A stretch of 64,000 nt of DNA from Candidatus Aminicenantes bacterium. Lineage in GTDB: Bacteria; Acidobacteriota; Aminicenantia; Aminicenantales; Aminicenantaceae. A program made the translations under genes and the position numbers. This document shows, in pieces, positions 60,323-64,000 of the stretch (positions are counted from its first letter, which is position 1; each line of letters begins with the position of its first letter). The stretch lies in the NCBI GenBank assembly GCA_030603565.1, contig JAUVXM010000003.1, forward strand, positions 1,359 to 65,358, read 5' to 3'. Below the pieces are notes generated by a model. It saw nothing but the letters and a program-made list of their open reading frames with translations, searched no databases and had not been told where the DNA came from.

Positions 60323-61435
60323 ATGAAAATAGATATTTTTGAGCTGGAAAGATTTCAATCCCTCTGGGAAAATACCGTCAAATACAATCTAACCGATAGT
60401 GGCGTCCACCCCTTTAGGATCAATGAACTGTTGAGTAAAGATGAAATTGAAAAACTGTTATCCCTTCAGATAGGTTACGGCCAGACAAACGGCTCTATTG
60501 AACTGCGGGATACTATAAGTAAGCTTTACCGCAAAGCAGACATTGACAACATCCTGGTCACAAACGGCACAGCTGAGGCAAACTTTATTTCTATGTGGAC
60601 AATGATAGAACCGGGGGATGAGATTCTAATAATGCTTCCCAATTATCTGCAAATCTGGGGAATTGCCCGGTCTTTTGGCGCAAAAGTAAAGCCATATCAC
60701 CTTAAAGAAGAACTTGATTGGAAGCCTGACTTTGATGAAATAAACCAACTGGTATCATCCAAAACAAAAATGATCGTGATCTGTAATCCTAACAATCCTA
60801 CAGGTGCTGTCCTAAGTAATGAAGCTATGAAGGAATTTATAAATATCGCTGAAAAAAATGACACTTGGATCCTTACCGATGAGATCTACCGCGGTTCAGA
60901 ACTTAATGGAAAAGAAACAGAATCTTTCTGGAATAGTTATGACAAAGTTATTGTTACATGCGGGCTGGCAAAATCATATGCACTCCAAGGACTTAGGATC
61001 GGCTGGATGACCGGGCCAAAAAAAAATATTGAGAAAGGCTGGGCTTACCACGATTACACAACAATCGCTTCCAATATAATCAGTAATTATATTGCTGCCT
61101 TGGCTTTAAAGCCTAAGCTGAGACAAAAAATCCTCAACCGCAACCGCTCAAGGTTAAACGAAAACCTTGCCTATTTGACGGAATGGTTAAAACCTCATAA
61201 GGATCTGTTTACCCTCACTCCCCCAAAGGCAGGCGGGATGGCCTTTATCCGCTACAATATGAAGATAAATTCAACCGATCTGGCTAACAAACTCCGGGAA
61301 GAAAAAAGTGTGTTGATAGTTCCTGGAGATCAATTTGGGATGGACCATTTTATCCGCCTCGGTATCGGGACAGAAAAGGAATGCTTTCTATCCGGACTGA
61401 ACCTTATGGAAGAAACCCTTAAAGAAATACTATAA
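60323..61435 (+). CDS. Class I/II PLP-dependent aminotransferase
   Basis: CGLAKSYALQGLRIGW (PLP lysine), NPNNPTG; 370 aa. Confidence 0.8.
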   Translation: MKIDIFELERFQSLWENTVKYNLTDSGVHPFRINELLSKDEIEKLLSLQIGYGQTNGSIELRDTISKLYRKADIDNILVTNGTAEANFISMWTMIEPGDEILIMLPNYLQIWGIARSFGAKVKPYHLKEELDWKPDFDEINQLVSSKTKMIVICNPNNPTGAVLSNEAMKEFINIAEKNDTWILTDEIYRGSELNGKETESFWNSYDKVIVTCGLAKSYALQGLRIGWMTGPKKNIEKGWAYHDYTTIASNIISNYIAALALKPKLRQKILNRNRSRLNENLAYLTEWLKPHKDLFTLTPPKAGGMAFIRYNMKINSTDLANKLREEKSVLIVPGDQFGMDHFIRLGIGTEKECFLSGLNLMEETLKEIL

Positions 61436-61445
61436 CCAAAAGGGA

Positions 61446-63761
61446 TTATCTTATTTTAACAGCCTCGTTGGCTGCTTTGCCTTTGCGGACATATTCAGCT
61501 GATTTAGCATAGTCACCCAGCCGGTTATACAGGTCTGCCAGAAGGAAATACCCGAGAGGCAAGTCTTCCTTCTTGGGTTGGAGTTCTATCCCCTTTTCAA
61601 TCAGGGAAACTGCCTCCTTATATTTCTCCCCGCGGTTAAGAAAAATTCTGGCAAGATAAAAATAACTGAGTGGAAAATTAGGATTGATCTCAATCGTTTT
61701 CTCAAGATAAACCTGTTCTTCGGCCCCTCTTTCGCTTATACGATATAACCTGGAAATGTTGAAAGCCGCCCGAAAATTGTGCGGGATATATTCCAACTCC
61801 TGCTTATAAGCTTTGATCGCTTCTTCCATATCTCCTTTGGCCTCCCTTAGCTGGGCATAATTATAATTCACATTCCGGAGCCGGGGGTTGATCTCCATGG
61901 CTTTTTGAAGCAATTCCTCCGCTTCGTCCAGCTTCTCCTGGGTCACATATATTCCCCCAAGGGCATTGCAAGCTGAAACAGACTGTGGATTTAACTTTAA
62001 GCACTTTTTATAGTAAAAAACGGCATTTTCATAGTCTTTAAGAAAATTAAATATGTTTCCTTGCACAAAATAAACCTGGGAGTCAGGCGAAAGGATCTCA
62101 AGTTTATTCAAAACAAATTTTTTAGCCTTCTCCAGCTCGTTCAGCCGGATATAGGCATTGGCAATATTGATTACAGTAAAAGTGTCATCCGGCTTTTTAT
62201 CCAATACCTGAAAATAACTCTCTAAAGCTTCTTCGTTCTTACCCCATTTAGTATATAAATTTCCCAGAGAAGAATATGCATCAACGATATCCGGATCCTG
62301 GGCAATAATGTTCTTTATCATTTCTACAGCTTGTTCGTACTCCTCCTGTAAGCCGAGTTCCCTGGCATGCCCGAGTTGATTGAAGATATTGATCTTATCC
62401 TTAGGGTCGCTTAGCTGCCGCCAGGAGACAGATGTAGAATCAGCAAATGACCCGATATATCCGAGGGCAGCAAGCTTTTCCCGGCTTTCCTCATCCATAT
62501 GGCTGTAATCAAGCTCATATGCCCCTCGGCTTGATTCATCAATGAAAGATTCAATTTGCGCCACCATCCGGCGGGCTTCAGCCGCCTGGGAGTCGATAAT
62601 ATTTCGTTCTTCATCCGGATCGCTTTGTAGGTCATAAAGCTCAAGCTCAGGCGCCAGGATCAGTTTATATCTTTCATCCTGAAGGCTTTTAAGCTCGCTC
62701 CAGCCATAATGGAACCGCGGATAAAAGGTTTCGCTGTAAGCAATACTCTCCCATTCCTTTATATCCTTAAAAAAAAGCGGCTGGAGGCTTTTGCCCTGTA
62801 CCTGAGAAGGGGCCTGAATCCCTGCCAGGTCAAGAATGGTTGGCATAACATCCACCAGCGACACGGGCCGGGCCCTGCTTATTCCGTGCAGCTTCTCAAA
62901 GGGAGTAACAAAAATAAGCGGAACATGCACCCCTTCCTGGTAAATAAAAAATCCATGGGATTGTTCCTGGTGCTCTCCCAGACTTTCCCCATGGTCAGAG
63001 GCAAATACCAAAACTGTATTTTCAACCAGGTCATTCTCTTCTAAAAATTGCCACAAGCGGGCCAGCTGAGAATCGGTATAGGCAATCTCTCCGATATAAG
63101 GATGGTTGGGATATTTTTCCATGTAAGGCTCCGGAGGTTCATAAGGGGTATGAGGGTCATACAAATGGATCCAGGTGAAAAATTTATCCTGTTTATGTTC
63201 CTCCAGCCAGGGGAGCACTTCATCAATAATCTCGTTTCCCGGGCGCTGAACATTCCCTAAAGAAACCGTTTTATATTTACTTAAATCAAAGCTGTCAAAA
63301 TAATGGTCAAAACCCTGATCCAGACCCCATTTTGAATCCAATACATAGGCTGCCACATAAGCAGACGTCTTATAACCATTCTGCTTCATCAGTTCGGCCA
63401 GAGTAGTCATCTCTTGAGGAACCAGAAATCCGCCGTTATCACGGACTCCATGAAAGGTCGGGTAAGTCCCTGTCAAAAGCGAGGTATGGGAGGGCAAAGT
63501 CAAAGTAGCTGTAGAAATGCATTTTTCAAATTTAACTCCCCGGCGTGCAAACATATCCATGGTCGGAGTGCTGATTCCGGAAAATCCATAACACCCGACC
63601 CGGTCAGCCCGCAGGGTGTCTACAGTGATAAGGATGTAGTTTAAATCCTCAGCTTGATCCAGGGGTGATATACCGTCTTTTCGAACAAACAGAAAATAGC
63701 CCCCTACAGCTAAAATCAAGACAAAAAACAGGCTAAAAATCAATATCGCTTTTTTATTCAT
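61446..63761 (-). CDS. Sulfatase-like hydrolase/transferase (alkaline-phosphatase superfamily) with C-terminal TPR repeats; membrane-anchored
   Basis: TM anchor, ILITVDTLRADRVGCYG, TLTLPSHTSLLTG (Thr in place of the formylglycine Cys/Ser), VFASDHGESLGEH; C-terminal roughly 350 aa TPR. Paralogue of the window-start gene. Confidence 0.8.
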   Translation of the reverse strand: MNKKAILIFSLFFVLILAVGGYFLFVRKDGISPLDQAEDLNYILITVDTLRADRVGCYGFSGISTPTMDMFARRGVKFEKCISTATLTLPSHTSLLTGTYPTFHGVRDNGGFLVPQEMTTLAELMKQNGYKTSAYVAAYVLDSKWGLDQGFDHYFDSFDLSKYKTVSLGNVQRPGNEIIDEVLPWLEEHKQDKFFTWIHLYDPHTPYEPPEPYMEKYPNHPYIGEIAYTDSQLARLWQFLEENDLVENTVLVFASDHGESLGEHQEQSHGFFIYQEGVHVPLIFVTPFEKLHGISRARPVSLVDVMPTILDLAGIQAPSQVQGKSLQPLFFKDIKEWESIAYSETFYPRFHYGWSELKSLQDERYKLILAPELELYDLQSDPDEERNIIDSQAAEARRMVAQIESFIDESSRGAYELDYSHMDEESREKLAALGYIGSFADSTSVSWRQLSDPKDKINIFNQLGHARELGLQEEYEQAVEMIKNIIAQDPDIVDAYSSLGNLYTKWGKNEEALESYFQVLDKKPDDTFTVINIANAYIRLNELEKAKKFVLNKLEILSPDSQVYFVQGNIFNFLKDYENAVFYYKKCLKLNPQSVSACNALGGIYVTQEKLDEAEELLQKAMEINPRLRNVNYNYAQLREAKGDMEEAIKAYKQELEYIPHNFRAAFNISRLYRISERGAEEQVYLEKTIEINPNFPLSYFYLARIFLNRGEKYKEAVSLIEKGIELQPKKEDLPLGYFLLADLYNRLGDYAKSAEYVRKGKAANEAVKIR

Positions 63762-64000
63762 TTCTATTAGATATTAACACAAATTATGATAGATGTTAAG
63801 TCTTTGTAGAACCGGCAATCTCCCCTGCTTTCCCCCGCTAAATAAAACAATATCCCTTAGAAGGCCAATTTTAAGAGCAAATGAGCCTTTTAAGCCGAAA
63901 TATTAGGCGTTATTTGAAGTATATCTAATATTATCAACAAGATAGCACAGCCAAGGTGCCTTTCCGCTTTCCTCTTCTTTCTTATATAAGCTGCCCTTTC

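Overview
This 64-kb window comes from a moderately AT-rich bacterium. The gene content (Oar-like TonB-dependent barrels with carboxypeptidase-regulatory N-domains, GWxTD-domain proteins, sulfatase-like/TPR fusions, many secreted peptidases) is consistent with an environmental Acidobacteria/candidate-phylum-like lineage, but that is only an inference. I annotate about 45 protein genes, one tRNA-Leu(CAG), no rRNA and no CRISPR array.

Five things stand out.

- **Defence island (1.9-9.2 kb).** A type I restriction-modification (RM) locus carries an internally deleted hsdR (nuclease N-domain joined to helicase motif VI plus the C-domain) and an intact 845-aa fused HsdM-HsdS methyltransferase. Two differently damaged ORF6N-domain genes flank the methyltransferase as direct repeats. 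radC and a complete DarT/DarG (ssDNA ADP-ribosyltransferase / macrodomain antitoxin) module follow.
- **MITE-like repeat family.** A roughly 145-bp element with 27-29-bp terminal inverted repeats (CCTGAACTATTCATAAAAAATGTCGAT) occurs as at least 5 bodies plus 8 solo or palindromic end-pairs, all intergenic. One copy has perfect repeats and TTAA flanks. No transposase is present in the window.
- **eRF1-like gene.** A stand-alone bacterial eRF1/Pelota-like protein with a GGWQ loop and a C-terminal zinc ribbon sits next to tRNA-Leu.
- **GWxTD cluster.** Two GWxTD-domain genes overlap in an operon and lie beside a TPR lipoprotein and three Oar-like outer-membrane genes, one of them a pseudogene.
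- **Gene decay.** At least ten truncated, frameshifted or fragmentary genes are present. Either this genome is decaying or the assembly has many indel errors.

Other content: vapBC, a LarA-family racemase without larBCE, a TetR-controlled RND-MFP-TolC efflux operon with a perfect 18-bp palindromic operator, xerD, a ClC channel, and paralogous sulfatase-like/TPR genes at both window edges.
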